The notes under the pieces are model-generated. The model had not been told where the DNA came from and searched no databases. It worked only from the letters and a program-made list of their open reading frames with translations. Source: Bacteroidetes bacterium GWF2_49_14 (GTDB lineage Bacteria > Bacteroidota > Bacteroidia > Bacteroidales > UBA12481). Taken from it: 64,000 nt of DNA. This document shows positions 26,499 through 35,876 of the stretch, piece after piece. The position numbers and the translations under genes are program-made. The stretch covers positions 40,633 to 104,632 of the forward strand of contig MEOR01000081.1 of assembly GCA_001769295.1 (NCBI GenBank), written 5' to 3'. How positions within the stretch are numbered: the stretch's first letter is position 1; the number at the start of each line of letters is the position of its first letter.

Positions 26499-27723
26499 CG
26501 GACTTTTCTCGCAATCCCAGGAAAAGAGAGAAATATACTATTACAATAAGAGCACCTGCCGCGGATAGAACAAAGGCTGCCTTCATGGACCAGACGGTCC
26601 AGATAAGGCCAGTTATTGTTGATCCAAAAAGAACACCCAGGCTAGCAAAACTATTGTAAAAACCCAAGGCAGTTGCTGTTTGATTCTTTGCTGAGATGTT
26701 AGAAATCAAAGCCTTGGAGACTCCTTCTGTTGAACTGGCAAAAATTCCGTAAATAAGAAAAAGTAATGCGAACTGCCAGATACCCGATGCAAAACCAAAA
26801 GAACCATAGACAATAACAAACAGGCTCAGGCCGAAAACTAAAATTGTTTTTTGGCCTATCTTGTCTGACAGACGGCCAATGGGATAACTGCTTAATGCGT
26901 ATATCAGGTTAAAGAAAATGTAGAAACCGATCACCTGGGTATCTTCAAAGCCGTTTGATTTCAAGGTAAGGAGCAGGAATGCATCGGAGCTGTTAAATAG
27001 CGTGAAAGCAAGCAATCCGATTATCAGAAGTTTATAGTCCTTTGATGCTGTTTTCCAATAAGAAAGGAAGCCGAAGAATGATTTCCTTTCTGTTTGCTTG
27101 TGGCTTTTTACCTTTTCACGAAGCAATAATGTGAAGAGGACGGCCAACATCCCGGGAATCACTGAAATCACAAAAAGCAACCGATACTGTTCAGGCAGAA
27201 AGTAGAGAATAATGAGGGCTAATGCGGGTCCCATCGCGGCACCCAAGGTATCCATGCTCCTGTGGAAACCAAAAACCCTGCCCTTATGCTCCCGGGTTGT
27301 CAGGTCGGAAAGATAGGCATCTCTCGCACTTGTGCGGATCCCTTTACCCAGTCGTTCAACGGACCTGAGCAGGAAAATACCGATCGGAAAAGCGAAAATG
27401 GCCATCAAGGGTTTCGCGATAGCACTCAAACCATACCCAAACCGGATAAACGGAACTCTTCTGCCGATCCGGTCTGACAGTTGCCCGAAATAACCCTTTG
27501 AAATTCCGGCAAAAGCCTCCACAAATCCTTCGAGCACTCCAATTCCGATTATTGAAAACCCTATGGACTGCAGGAACATAGGCATGATAGGGTACAGCAT
27601 CTCACTGGCAACATCAGTCAGAAGGCTGACACCAGATACGATCAGGATTGGCCGTGTAATAATGCGGCCGGTTTTCCTGTCCTCAATGTTCATTTGGTTC
27701 CGGATGAATTGTGATCTGAACAT
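26485..27723 (-). CDS. MFS transporter
   Basis: 412 aa, about 12 TM segments, with the loop motif GQLSDRIGRR. The start may be the internal Met at 27693. It overlaps the upstream CDF gene's end in either case. Confidence 0.7.
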   Translation of the reverse strand: MFRSQFIRNQMNIEDRKTGRIITRPILIVSGVSLLTDVASEMLYPIMPMFLQSIGFSIIGIGVLEGFVEAFAGISKGYFGQLSDRIGRRVPFIRFGYGLSAIAKPLMAIFAFPIGIFLLRSVERLGKGIRTSARDAYLSDLTTREHKGRVFGFHRSMDTLGAAMGPALALIILYFLPEQYRLLFVISVIPGMLAVLFTLLLREKVKSHKQTERKSFFGFLSYWKTASKDYKLLIIGLLAFTLFNSSDAFLLLTLKSNGFEDTQVIGFYIFFNLIYALSSYPIGRLSDKIGQKTILVFGLSLFVIVYGSFGFASGIWQFALLFLIYGIFASSTEGVSKALISNISAKNQTATALGFYNSFASLGVLFGSTITGLIWTVWSMKAAFVLSAAGALIVIVYFSLFLGLREKSVNPE

Positions 27724-28534
27724 TCTGGAAATTTTCCTGAATTTCTGATTCTATCCGGTTACAGAAATCATGAACCTCCTGAAATGCCAGACTTGCAGGC
27801 ATCTCAATGTGGAAGTCAATGAACCGGTAGTTGCCGGCCTTACGGGTTTTGACATCATGGGAGTGAACGCTGAGGTCAGAGAATATCTTGTTTAGCAGTT
27901 CGAGTTCTGTGGGATCCCAGGCGGTATCAAGAAGGGGCATGAATGCCTTTTTTATCAGTACATATGATTCCCGCAAAATCAGAAAAGCAACTAAAATTGC
28001 AACGATCGGGTCCAGCCAGTGAATCCCGGTTATCCACATCAGCCCTAAACCAAAGGCGACACCTAGTGAGGTATAAACATCAGTTTTTAAATGTAGCGCA
28101 TCAGCCTCAAGTGCCACAGAGTGCGTTGTTTTTGCAGTTTTGTATAGCTGCCTGGAGACCACAGTATTAACACCGGCAGAAATTAACATGACCAAACTTC
28201 CAAGGCCGATGGCTTCAACAGGCTCCGGATGTATCATTTTCTTCACGGCTTCAAAAATGATCCATGCGGCTGCAATCAGGATCAACAAACCTTCAATTAC
28301 ACCGGAAACATTTTCAACTTTTCCGTGACCGTAATTATGCTTTTCATCCGAGGGGGTATCTGATACTTTAACCGCAAAAAAAGCAATGACAGCTGCAAGC
28401 AAATCCATGGAAGAGTGGATGGCCTCGGAAATTATACTGACAGACCCACTAGCCAGGCCAGCCAGAACCTTAAGCAGAATCAGAAAGGTATTTGAGAAAA
28501 CGGAGAGCTGGGCTACTTTTGTTTTTTGATTCAT
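27683..28534 (-). CDS. Cation diffusion facilitator (CDF) family transporter
   Basis: 283 aa. SEAIHSSMDLLA and ADALHLKTDVYTS metal-site motifs, plus a C-terminal cytoplasmic domain. Confidence 0.85.
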   Translation of the reverse strand: MNQKTKVAQLSVFSNTFLILLKVLAGLASGSVSIISEAIHSSMDLLAAVIAFFAVKVSDTPSDEKHNYGHGKVENVSGVIEGLLILIAAAWIIFEAVKKMIHPEPVEAIGLGSLVMLISAGVNTVVSRQLYKTAKTTHSVALEADALHLKTDVYTSLGVAFGLGLMWITGIHWLDPIVAILVAFLILRESYVLIKKAFMPLLDTAWDPTELELLNKIFSDLSVHSHDVKTRKAGNYRFIDFHIEMPASLAFQEVHDFCNRIESEIQENFQNVQITIHPEPNEH

Positions 28535-28576
28535 ATCTGCGGGGTCAGCACAAATGTTGAGCCCGCAAAAATAATC

Positions 28577-29812
28577 CTAATTTTTCTCTTTTTTTGCAAC
28601 TCTACCGACTTCATTCATCACTCTGAAGATATTCCCTGACCAGATTTTCTCGATGTCTTTTTTTGAGTAGCCCCGGGTAACCAATTCCAGTGTGATATTT
28701 CCCATTTCAGAGGCATCGTAGCAATCCGCCAATCCGCCGCCTCCGTCAAAATCGGTGCCGATTCCAACATGATCTATGCCGGCAAGGGCAACGATGTGGT
28801 CGATATGATCCACCATATCCTTAACTGTTGCAAGTCTTTCAGGGTATTTCTGCCTGAGGGCATTACGTTCTGCCCGCGCAGCAGTGAGTTGCTCCTGTGT
28901 CAGGTTACTCCAATCCCCATATTTCTGCCTTATGGCCGTTTCGGCTGCATTTCTTTCAGGATTTTGCTCCGGTGATTTCACATAGGCAGATAGTATGCAC
29001 ATCTGGATGACTCCGCCATTTTTCGCCAGGGCTTTAATCATGTCGTCATTCAGATTTCTGGGGTTGTTGCAGAGTGCCTTAGCGCAGCTGTGAGAAGCGA
29101 TGACAGGGGCTGAAGATGTCTGGATCACATCATAGAAGGATTTATCCGACATATGGGAAACATCGACCATTATTCCAAGCCGGTTCATTTCATGCACCAC
29201 TTCAGCGCCAAAACTGCTCAGACCATTATGCAGAGGTCCGGCCGGGTCGGTTGAAGAGTCGCAGATATCATTGTTTTTGGAATGACAAAGTGTAATGTAG
29301 CGGGTCCCAAGATGGTAGAACTCTTCGATCCGAGTAATATCCCTGCCAATAGGGTAACCGTTTTCAAGGCCAATAAACATTGAGATTTTACCTTCATCCT
29401 CGAGCTTGTAACCATCCTTGGGTGTTAAAGCAATTCCTGCAAGATCGGCATGCTTTGATGCTGTTTTGTAGATATGGTCATAGGTTGCCTTGGCTCTTGA
29501 GTAAGCCGAGTTCCGCCCCTCATCCGTGAGGGGACCCTGGCCTACGAAAACAGCGAAGAAAGCCCCATCCAACCCCCCTTGTTTCATCCTTGGAAAGTCC
29601 ATTTTGCCGCCATTTTTTCGCGCATCGTGTGATTCTGCCATATTATAAGAGGTATCACCAAAACGCATCGGTGTGTCATTATGGGAATCAACAGTGAATG
29701 CCTGTTGGTGGATTTCCTTCGCCAAGGTTTTCAGATCTGACTGGCTATATGCCAGATTATTAGTTAATAAAGAAATACAGGCGAAGCTCGTGAGGAAACA
29801 GATGATTTTCAT
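28577..29812 (-). CDS. Membrane (renal-type) dipeptidase, M19 family, secreted
   Basis: 411 aa, signal peptide. VDSHNDTP, ITLCHSKNN, VDVSHMS, ASHS and GIGTDFDGGGG motifs. Confidence 0.85.
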   Translation of the reverse strand: MKIICFLTSFACISLLTNNLAYSQSDLKTLAKEIHQQAFTVDSHNDTPMRFGDTSYNMAESHDARKNGGKMDFPRMKQGGLDGAFFAVFVGQGPLTDEGRNSAYSRAKATYDHIYKTASKHADLAGIALTPKDGYKLEDEGKISMFIGLENGYPIGRDITRIEEFYHLGTRYITLCHSKNNDICDSSTDPAGPLHNGLSSFGAEVVHEMNRLGIMVDVSHMSDKSFYDVIQTSSAPVIASHSCAKALCNNPRNLNDDMIKALAKNGGVIQMCILSAYVKSPEQNPERNAAETAIRQKYGDWSNLTQEQLTAARAERNALRQKYPERLATVKDMVDHIDHIVALAGIDHVGIGTDFDGGGGLADCYDASEMGNITLELVTRGYSKKDIEKIWSGNIFRVMNEVGRVAKKEKN

Positions 29813-29835
29813 ACCGGTAGTTTTAGATGCCGAAT

Positions 29836-31644
29836 TTATCGATTATGCCTTTGGTTGGTATGGCCTTTAACATGTTTTAACTTAAAGAAAAGGCTTTTCT
29901 GCTCCAGTTTCTCCTCAGGTTTTCGTGCGACATAAACCGGCTTGAGGGTGTATGGATCCAGTCCGGTATGGTATATGGCTGCTGAAAGTGTCATAGGGGT
30001 TGGGGTGAAATCCTGTACCTGATCGGTATTCAGATGAATTGCCTGAGTTTCTGCAGCAAGCTCAGCCATATCTTCCAGGGTGCACCCCGGATGGCTCGAT
30101 ATGAAATAGGGGATCAGTTCCTGCCTAAGATTGTTTTTACGGTTAACTTCCTCGAAGATCCTTTTTAATTCATAAAATTTTGAGAATAGCGGTTTCCTCA
30201 TAATACGAAGAACGTGTTCTCTTGTATGTTCCGGGGCAACCTTTAATCTTCCGGAAACATGGTGTGCGATCAGCTCTTTCGGGTATTCCCGGATGGAGGA
30301 GTCTTCTGCGGTTCGCGCGTTTAAGAACAGGTCATACCGTATGCCACTACTGACAAATGCTTTTTTAATGCCCGGAACTTCCCGGATCTTCTTCATCAGG
30401 GAAATCAGTTCTTTAGGACTGATATTAATATTCTTGCAGATGCCCGGGAAGATACAAGAAGGTCTCCTGCACCGCTGGCATTTTTTGGGGTCAAATGGTT
30501 CCATCCGGTACATGTTGGCCGAGGGACCTCCGATATCCGAAATATAACCCTTGAATCCCGGCATTTTTGATACTTGCCGAATCTCGGCCAAAACAGAATG
30601 TTCGCTTCTGCTGGAAACATGCTTTCCCTGATGCGCAGAGATCGTGCAGAATGAGCACCCTCCGAAGCATCCGCGGTGCAGATTGATGGAGAAACGGATC
30701 ATTTCGAATGCTGGAATCAACGGTTTGGTCCAATATCGCGGATGCGGAAGCCTGGTATATGGGAGGTCGTGCCAGGTATCCATTTCTGACATGGATGGTG
30801 GTCCGTAGGGAGGATTAACCACAACCTGACAATGGTCGTGAGGTTGAAGGAGACGAGCGGTTTCCATGACGTTCGATTGTTCCTCGATAATCCTGAAATT
30901 CAGTGCATACTTGGTTTTATCAGCACTAACTTCGCGGTACGGATAAAGAGATAGTGTTTCCCGCTGAGGCCATTCCTCAGAAGGCTCCCCAAATGGGAGC
31001 GGATAGGCAACCTGGGGAACTCTTCTTAAAATGGTTTTATCATTTCCTTCGCTGATCATCTTTGCCAGTTCAATTATTGGCCGTTCTCCGTTCCCGTAGA
31101 CCAAAAAATCGATATTCATGGTGTCAACCAGACTGGGATTTACCCGATTATCCCAATAGTCGTAATGTGCCAGCCTCCGGAGTGAGGCTTCAATGCCACC
31201 TGCGATAATGAGACTATCGGGATAAAGCCTTTTGATTATTGTTGAATATGTGGAAACAGCCCTGTCAGGTCTGAATCCCGCCTTATTTCCAGCTGAATAG
31301 GCATCATTTGACCGCAGTCGTCTATTTGCGGTGTAATGGTTTATCATGGAGTCCATATTGCCTGCTGTGACTCCGAAAAAAAGTCTTGGTTTGCCAAGTT
31401 TGGTGAAATCGCGAAGGTCGTCTCTCCAGTTGGGTTGAGGAACAATGGCGACCCGGTAACCTTCTTTTTCAAGTATCCGTCCGATAACTGCCGCTCCGAA
31501 AGCAGGATGATCCACATAGGCATCACCTGAGAAAAGAATGACATCCACCTGATCCCAATCCCTATCAGCCATTTCCTTTTTTGTTGTAGGCAGCCATTCG
31601 GTCAGCCGATAGTGATCAGGGTAGTATTGTTTTGTGTCGGTCAT
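29836..31644 (-). CDS. ygiQ: YgiQ-family radical SAM protein (UPF0313)
   Basis: 602 aa. VDVILFSGDAYVDHPAFG N-terminus; HRGCFGGCSFCTISAHQG radical-SAM cluster motif. Confidence 0.85.
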   Translation of the reverse strand: MTDTKQYYPDHYRLTEWLPTTKKEMADRDWDQVDVILFSGDAYVDHPAFGAAVIGRILEKEGYRVAIVPQPNWRDDLRDFTKLGKPRLFFGVTAGNMDSMINHYTANRRLRSNDAYSAGNKAGFRPDRAVSTYSTIIKRLYPDSLIIAGGIEASLRRLAHYDYWDNRVNPSLVDTMNIDFLVYGNGERPIIELAKMISEGNDKTILRRVPQVAYPLPFGEPSEEWPQRETLSLYPYREVSADKTKYALNFRIIEEQSNVMETARLLQPHDHCQVVVNPPYGPPSMSEMDTWHDLPYTRLPHPRYWTKPLIPAFEMIRFSINLHRGCFGGCSFCTISAHQGKHVSSRSEHSVLAEIRQVSKMPGFKGYISDIGGPSANMYRMEPFDPKKCQRCRRPSCIFPGICKNINISPKELISLMKKIREVPGIKKAFVSSGIRYDLFLNARTAEDSSIREYPKELIAHHVSGRLKVAPEHTREHVLRIMRKPLFSKFYELKRIFEEVNRKNNLRQELIPYFISSHPGCTLEDMAELAAETQAIHLNTDQVQDFTPTPMTLSAAIYHTGLDPYTLKPVYVARKPEEKLEQKSLFFKLKHVKGHTNQRHNR

Positions 31645-31648
31645 TATC

Positions 31649-32872
31649 CTATTGGGCTAATTCGAGAAGTGAACTGTCGCCGTAACTCAGAAACCGGAAT
31701 TCATGGTCTAATGCATATTGGTAGATTTCTTTCCATTGACCTCCGGTGAAGGCAGCAACAAGAAGTAGAAGGGTGCTGCCTGGTTGGTGGAAGTTGGTAA
31801 TCAGTCTTTTAGCGATCCGGAATTGGTATCCGGGAATAATCATCAGCCGTGTTGAGAACTCTAATAAAACCTTTCCGGTATCGTTCATGTAGCGGATGAC
31901 ATTTTCAAGAGATGTTTGCGTTTCCGGGATCGAATTGCCCGTATAGGGATCCCATTGGTCGATCTGAGGGGTTTCTTCAGGCCAGTCCTGACATGAGGCC
32001 AATTTGACTCCCAGCCAGTAAAGGCTTTCAAGGGTGCGGATTGTGGTGGTTCCAACCGCGGTGATTTTCACAGGATCGAGGCTGATCAGTTTCTCGATCG
32101 CCGCTTTTGGAATTAAAACAACTTCAGTGTGCATCGAATGATCTGCTACCGAATCAGCTTTCACCGGTACAAAGGTTCCAGCGCCAACATGCAGCGTTAT
32201 TGGGACCATGCCTATGCCCTTTTTTTGTAGTTTTTCAATAGAATCGGGGCTAAAGTGTAGTCCGGCTGTTGGTGCTGCAACCGAACCGTCGATCCGGGCA
32301 TAAACGGTCTGATACCTGATTTTATCAATGTCCTCAGCAACCCTGTTTAGGTAGGGAGGAATCGGGGTTTGCCCAAAAATTTCAGTTATTTCAGCGAAAG
32401 TTAGTTCAGCCGGGTCCCATGACAGGCGAACCAGATTTCTATGATTAAAAGATTTAACTAATTCAGCTGTAAGGTTATAGGTAGCTCCCTTATTATTGGT
32501 GGACGCAATAAGCAAGCCAGACTTCCATTTTTTTTTATTGCCGATAATGGTTTGCCAGACACATGTTCCGGTTGAGGCGAAGGATTGTGTGTGTTCGACA
32601 GGCTCTATCGGTTCAAGGAGAAAAACTTCAACCGGGCTACCGGTTGATTTTCGGAACAACAATCTGGCCTGGATAACCCGTGTATTGTTCCAAATGATTA
32701 AAGAATCGGTTGGCAGCCAATGATCCAGATCCTTAAAGGAGCCATGAGTAATTTGGTTGTTCTTGAATATAAGAAGTTTACTTTGATCGCGCTCCTTGAG
32801 AGGAAAGTGTGCAATTCTCGCATCCGGGAGAATATAAGAATAGTCTTTGCTGCGGATATCTGTGATCGTCAT
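31649..32872 (-). CDS. queA: S-adenosylmethionine:tRNA ribosyltransferase-isomerase
   Basis: 407 aa. YSYILPDARIAHFPLKERDQSKLL, VAAPTAGLHF, ITLHVGAGTF, GTTTIRTLES, TNFHQPGSTLL. Confidence 0.9.
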   Translation of the reverse strand: MTITDIRSKDYSYILPDARIAHFPLKERDQSKLLIFKNNQITHGSFKDLDHWLPTDSLIIWNNTRVIQARLLFRKSTGSPVEVFLLEPIEPVEHTQSFASTGTCVWQTIIGNKKKWKSGLLIASTNNKGATYNLTAELVKSFNHRNLVRLSWDPAELTFAEITEIFGQTPIPPYLNRVAEDIDKIRYQTVYARIDGSVAAPTAGLHFSPDSIEKLQKKGIGMVPITLHVGAGTFVPVKADSVADHSMHTEVVLIPKAAIEKLISLDPVKITAVGTTTIRTLESLYWLGVKLASCQDWPEETPQIDQWDPYTGNSIPETQTSLENVIRYMNDTGKVLLEFSTRLMIIPGYQFRIAKRLITNFHQPGSTLLLLVAAFTGGQWKEIYQYALDHEFRFLSYGDSSLLELAQ

Positions 32873-32932
32873 GCTTTAGGATTCTGATCCGCCATAAAAA
32901 TAGGTAACTTTGCAACAAAACACAGGATTGAC

Positions 32933-33520
32933 ATGGGAAGGGTTAACGTGGGAGACTTAGTAAGGTTTGTTGATGAGATGGGCGAGGGGAGGGTAGTCAG
33001 GTTGATTTCCGAAAGCATCGCCGAGGTGAAGACCAATGATGGGTGGGTTTTACCTGCAAATGTAAGGAACCTGGTGGTTATACCTGAACCCGGCAAAGAG
33101 CCGTCAAGGGTTGAAACACTCATTTCAGAAGTTATCTTCCGGCAGGTTGAGCATGAAAAGGAAGTGACAAATCTTACTCTTAATAAGCCTCCTGTTGCCA
33201 AGTCCTCCAAAGTTAAGTCTCCTGCCAGGGAGATAGATCTGCATATCAATAAAATAGCGGATAGTGTGGTTGGATTGACCAATACAGAGATTCTTGGTAT
33301 TCAGATGGAATTGTTCCGCCGTGAATTGAACCGGGCCATACGGGATAACGAAAGCGAAATTATCTTTATTCATGGAATTGGTAACGGGACCCTCAAAGGG
33401 GAATTAAGAAGGGCAGCAGATCGTGACTTTAGCTGGTGCTCACAGGAAGATGCTTCATTTAAGGAATATGGATTCGGTGCTACACGGATCAGGATTCCGC
33501 AGAACAAACCTCAATATTAA
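32933..33520 (+). CDS. Smr-domain protein (MutS2-like small nuclease domain)
   Basis: 195 aa. C-terminal EIDLHINKI...IIFIHGIGNGTLKGELRR matches the Smr domain pattern. Confidence 0.7.
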   Translation: MGRVNVGDLVRFVDEMGEGRVVRLISESIAEVKTNDGWVLPANVRNLVVIPEPGKEPSRVETLISEVIFRQVEHEKEVTNLTLNKPPVAKSSKVKSPAREIDLHINKIADSVVGLTNTEILGIQMELFRRELNRAIRDNESEIIFIHGIGNGTLKGELRRAADRDFSWCSQEDASFKEYGFGATRIRIPQNKPQY

Positions 33521-33530
33521 CTACTTTTGA

Positions 33531-33888
33531 GCCGGCAGCAGACCGTTCTATCGCTGGTCCGTGAAAGCGGACGAGAGGAAAGTCCGGGCAACGCAGAGCG
33601 CCATGCTTCCTAACGGGAAGGTGCCGAGAGGCACAGTAGTGTAACAGAAAACAACCGTCCCGGATTACGGGATAAGGGTGAAAAGGCGGGGTAAGAGCCC
33701 ACCAGTCCGTATGGTGACATTCGGAGTTGTACACCTCATGGGTTGAAAGGCCATGTATACCGGCAATTAAGGGCTGCTCGCCCGATGTCGGGGGGTAGGT
33801 CGTTTGAGTAAACGGGCAACCGGTTACCTAGATAAATGATAGAATTCCGGCAACGGAAACAGAACCCGGCTTATAGGTCTGCTGCTTT
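33531..33888 (+). ncRNA. rnpB: RNase P RNA, bacterial type A
   Basis: Universal motifs GAGGAAAGTCCGGGC (P4 5' strand), ACAGAAAACAACCG, AAGGGTGAAA..GCGGGGTAAGAGCCCACC and ACAGAACCCGGCTTAT (P4 3' strand). P1 pairing is gcagcagacc (33535..33544) with ggtctgctgc (33876..33885). Ends are approximate. Confidence 0.9.
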
Positions 33889-34040
33889 TTTATCCTCGTT
33901 TTTTAAACGTTCATCAAATTGTTTTAAACTTTCACTTAACTAAGCCGAAATGAATTGGTTATGCCCGGCTTTTTTTTTATTTTTGAAATGACTTAGAAAC
34001 AAGAGTGTTAAGAATAAAATATTTGACGTTCATAAAAAAG

Positions 34041-34088
34041 TTTCAAAATTGGGGTTACCTTTTTATAAAGAACAGGATCAACAGATGG
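34041..34088 (+). promoter_or_regulatory. Shared regulatory block, copy 1 (upstream of and running into the sigma-factor start codon)
   Basis: TTTCAAAATTG (34041..34051) plus a 36-nt block GGTTACCTTTTTATAAAGAACAGGATCAACAGATGG (34053..34088). The block is 27/36 identical at identical spacing to 38966..39001 upstream of the peptide gene. Confidence 0.45.
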
Positions 34089-34660
34089 TGCATTACACCG
34101 TTGAAGCCATCCTCGAGGGGCTGAAAAACAGTGACAATAGTGTACTTGAGTTTGTCTACAGGAAGTATTTTCCGATCGTAAGGTTCTTTGTCATAAAAAA
34201 CAGCGGAACGGATGAGGATGCAAAGGATATTTTCCAGGAAGCAATGATCCTCATGTATAAAAGGCTGAAAGATGGTACTCTTGATTTAACCTGTGCCTTC
34301 AAAACCTATCTCTACTCAGTATGCCGCATACTCTGGATGAGACATCTTGAAAGGAGACAGATCAAAACAGACGACCTATCGGACAATCAGGTTTTCATAG
34401 ATATTGAAGACCAGATTGAAGATCAGGTTACTGAGCAGGAGAGATTTCGTTTGTACCAGAAGCATTTTCAGACGCTTCACAAAGATTGTCAGGAAATCTT
34501 ACGACTCTTCCTGAAGAAAGTTCCGCTTAAGGAGATTGCCCAGCTGGTTAATATTAAAAGTGACAAATACCTGAAGAAAAGAAAGTTTGAATGTAAGGAG
34601 ACTTTGACTAAGCGAATACAAAATGACCCTGATTATAAACGATTAAGAAATGATAGTTGA
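34085..34660 (+). CDS. ECF-like sigma-70 family RNA polymerase sigma factor
   Basis: ORF 34049..34660 starts at TTG. ATG 34085 (MVHYTVEAILEGL) is preferred because the upstream 36 nt recur non-codingly at 38966. Region 2 is DAKDIFQEAMILMYKRL...FKTYLYSVCRILWMRHLERR. Region 4 is CQEILRLFLKKVPLKEIAQLVNIKSDKYLKKRKFECKETL. Confidence 0.8.
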   Translation: MVHYTVEAILEGLKNSDNSVLEFVYRKYFPIVRFFVIKNSGTDEDAKDIFQEAMILMYKRLKDGTLDLTCAFKTYLYSVCRILWMRHLERRQIKTDDLSDNQVFIDIEDQIEDQVTEQERFRLYQKHFQTLHKDCQEILRLFLKKVPLKEIAQLVNIKSDKYLKKRKFECKETLTKRIQNDPDYKRLRNDS

Positions 34661-35780
34661 TATAAGTTTATCAGAATTGTTCGACCGGTACCTCGAAGAT
34701 GACCTCAACATCCTCGACAGGCAGGAAATCGAACTTCGGCTAGCTCAGGATCCGGCTTTTGCCAATCGGTTTAAGCTCCACAAAGAGATTGATCAGGCTG
34801 TGATGGAGAGCGAAATAATGCAATTCCGGAAACAGCTTGAAATGATCCAGACCGATAATCCCGATCTTGTTAAAGACAGTCCTATGGAAGTTGCGAGGTT
34901 TTTCGAACCCGAAATTGACCGTGCGATCCTGGAAGAAGATGTAATGAGCCTGCGAAATCAATTGAGCAGGATTCATGCTTCCATAATCGATGATGTTGAC
35001 GCTTCCGAGATTCCTGGTTATGCAATTATTGAGGAAGCAATTATAAATCAGGATGCTGTGGTTCTGCAGGCTGAGCTGAAGGAGTTTACTAATTCACGCT
35101 TGTCGGGAGCCTTGCCGGAAGAGCTTGAAGGAATTAAACTCAGCAGGGAAATTGACCAGGCTCTTCTTGAGGAGGATGTCATGGAACTAAGAGAGAAACT
35201 CACCGCCATTGGAGACCAGGTAACAGGAAAAACTCTTGTTGTCAGTTCCAGACGGAAAATTATAACCACAATTACTTCCATTGCGGCTGTCCTAACCTTT
35301 CTGATCTCCGGCACCATAGTACTGATGCAGAATCCCACTATTTCCGGTAACCAGAGATTGTCCGGTATGTTTGAGAATTACGGAAGCATCAGTGAATCAC
35401 GTGGACCGGTGGATGCAGTAAACAAAATAACAAACACTGCAGTTCACCTGTATAATAATAAACAATATCCATTGGCCGGTCCACTGTTTGATGTCTACCT
35501 TGAACAGAATGATTCTGATGATGAAGTGGTCAAAGTTTATGCCGGTCACTGTGCCCTGGAAACCAATGATCCTGACAAAGGGATACGTTATCTTTCAAGT
35601 ATTACCTCAGAAGCCCCGGCCTATATAGATGCTCAGTGGTACCTGGCTGGCTGTTATCTGAGAAAGGATCAACCGGCTGTAGCAATTGACATAATTGAAA
35701 AACTAAGTAAAAACGATAAAATAGACAGGTATCCTTATCCAATCGAAAAACTGCTGAAAAAACTTCGCAAGGTCGAATAA
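34650..35780 (+). CDS. Putative anti-sigma factor: single-pass membrane protein with four internal repeats and a TPR-like C-terminal domain
   Basis: 376 aa. 11-nt overlap with the sigma gene. The N-terminus LFDRYLEDDLNILDRQEIELRLAQDPAFANRF resembles anti-sigma N-terminal domains. Four copies of EID-A-L-EEDVM-LR--L--I lie at aa 46-66, 88-108, 126-146 and 167-187. TM helix at about aa 204-226. The C-terminus holds 2-3 TPR-like helix pairs. Confidence 0.5.
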   Translation: MIVDISLSELFDRYLEDDLNILDRQEIELRLAQDPAFANRFKLHKEIDQAVMESEIMQFRKQLEMIQTDNPDLVKDSPMEVARFFEPEIDRAILEEDVMSLRNQLSRIHASIIDDVDASEIPGYAIIEEAIINQDAVVLQAELKEFTNSRLSGALPEELEGIKLSREIDQALLEEDVMELREKLTAIGDQVTGKTLVVSSRRKIITTITSIAAVLTFLISGTIVLMQNPTISGNQRLSGMFENYGSISESRGPVDAVNKITNTAVHLYNNKQYPLAGPLFDVYLEQNDSDDEVVKVYAGHCALETNDPDKGIRYLSSITSEAPAYIDAQWYLAGCYLRKDQPAVAIDIIEKLSKNDKIDRYPYPIEKLLKKLRKVE

Positions 35781-35784
35781 GCGG

Positions 35785-35861
35785 CTTACAGTTTCCAACC
35801 CGTTCCCGCTGATTTCCTTTTTAAGTTTTAAAGTGCAGTTCTGAAGTTTCTTACAGTTTCC
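35785..35861. repeat. Direct repeat CTTACAGTTTCC (two copies, with extended similarity) in the convergent intergenic spacer
   Basis: Exact 12-mers at 35785..35796 and 35850..35861. Flanks are similar (aACCcGTtCC versus gACCGTCC). Confidence 0.5.
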
Positions 35862-35876
35862 GACCGTCCGTTTCCA

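Noticed and set aside
33489-33734. 81-aa minus-strand ORF in the track
   Set aside because: It lies entirely over the RNase P RNA gene. Its Cys/His/Arg/Pro-rich composition is typical of translating structured GC-rich RNA, so it is treated as spurious.
33905-34035. Recurring ACGTTCAT motif (33905, 34026; also AACGTTCC at 39172), considered as an ECF-type promoter element
   Set aside because: It is too short, and its positions relative to the downstream genes are inconsistent. I could not derive a convincing -35/-10 pair.
34049-34084. TTG-initiated 12-codon N-terminal extension of the sigma factor (MGLPFYKEQDQQ)
   Set aside because: The same DNA block recurs upstream of the peptide gene, where this frame contains stop codons. 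The block therefore behaves as non-coding regulatory sequence, and ATG 34085 is preferred.
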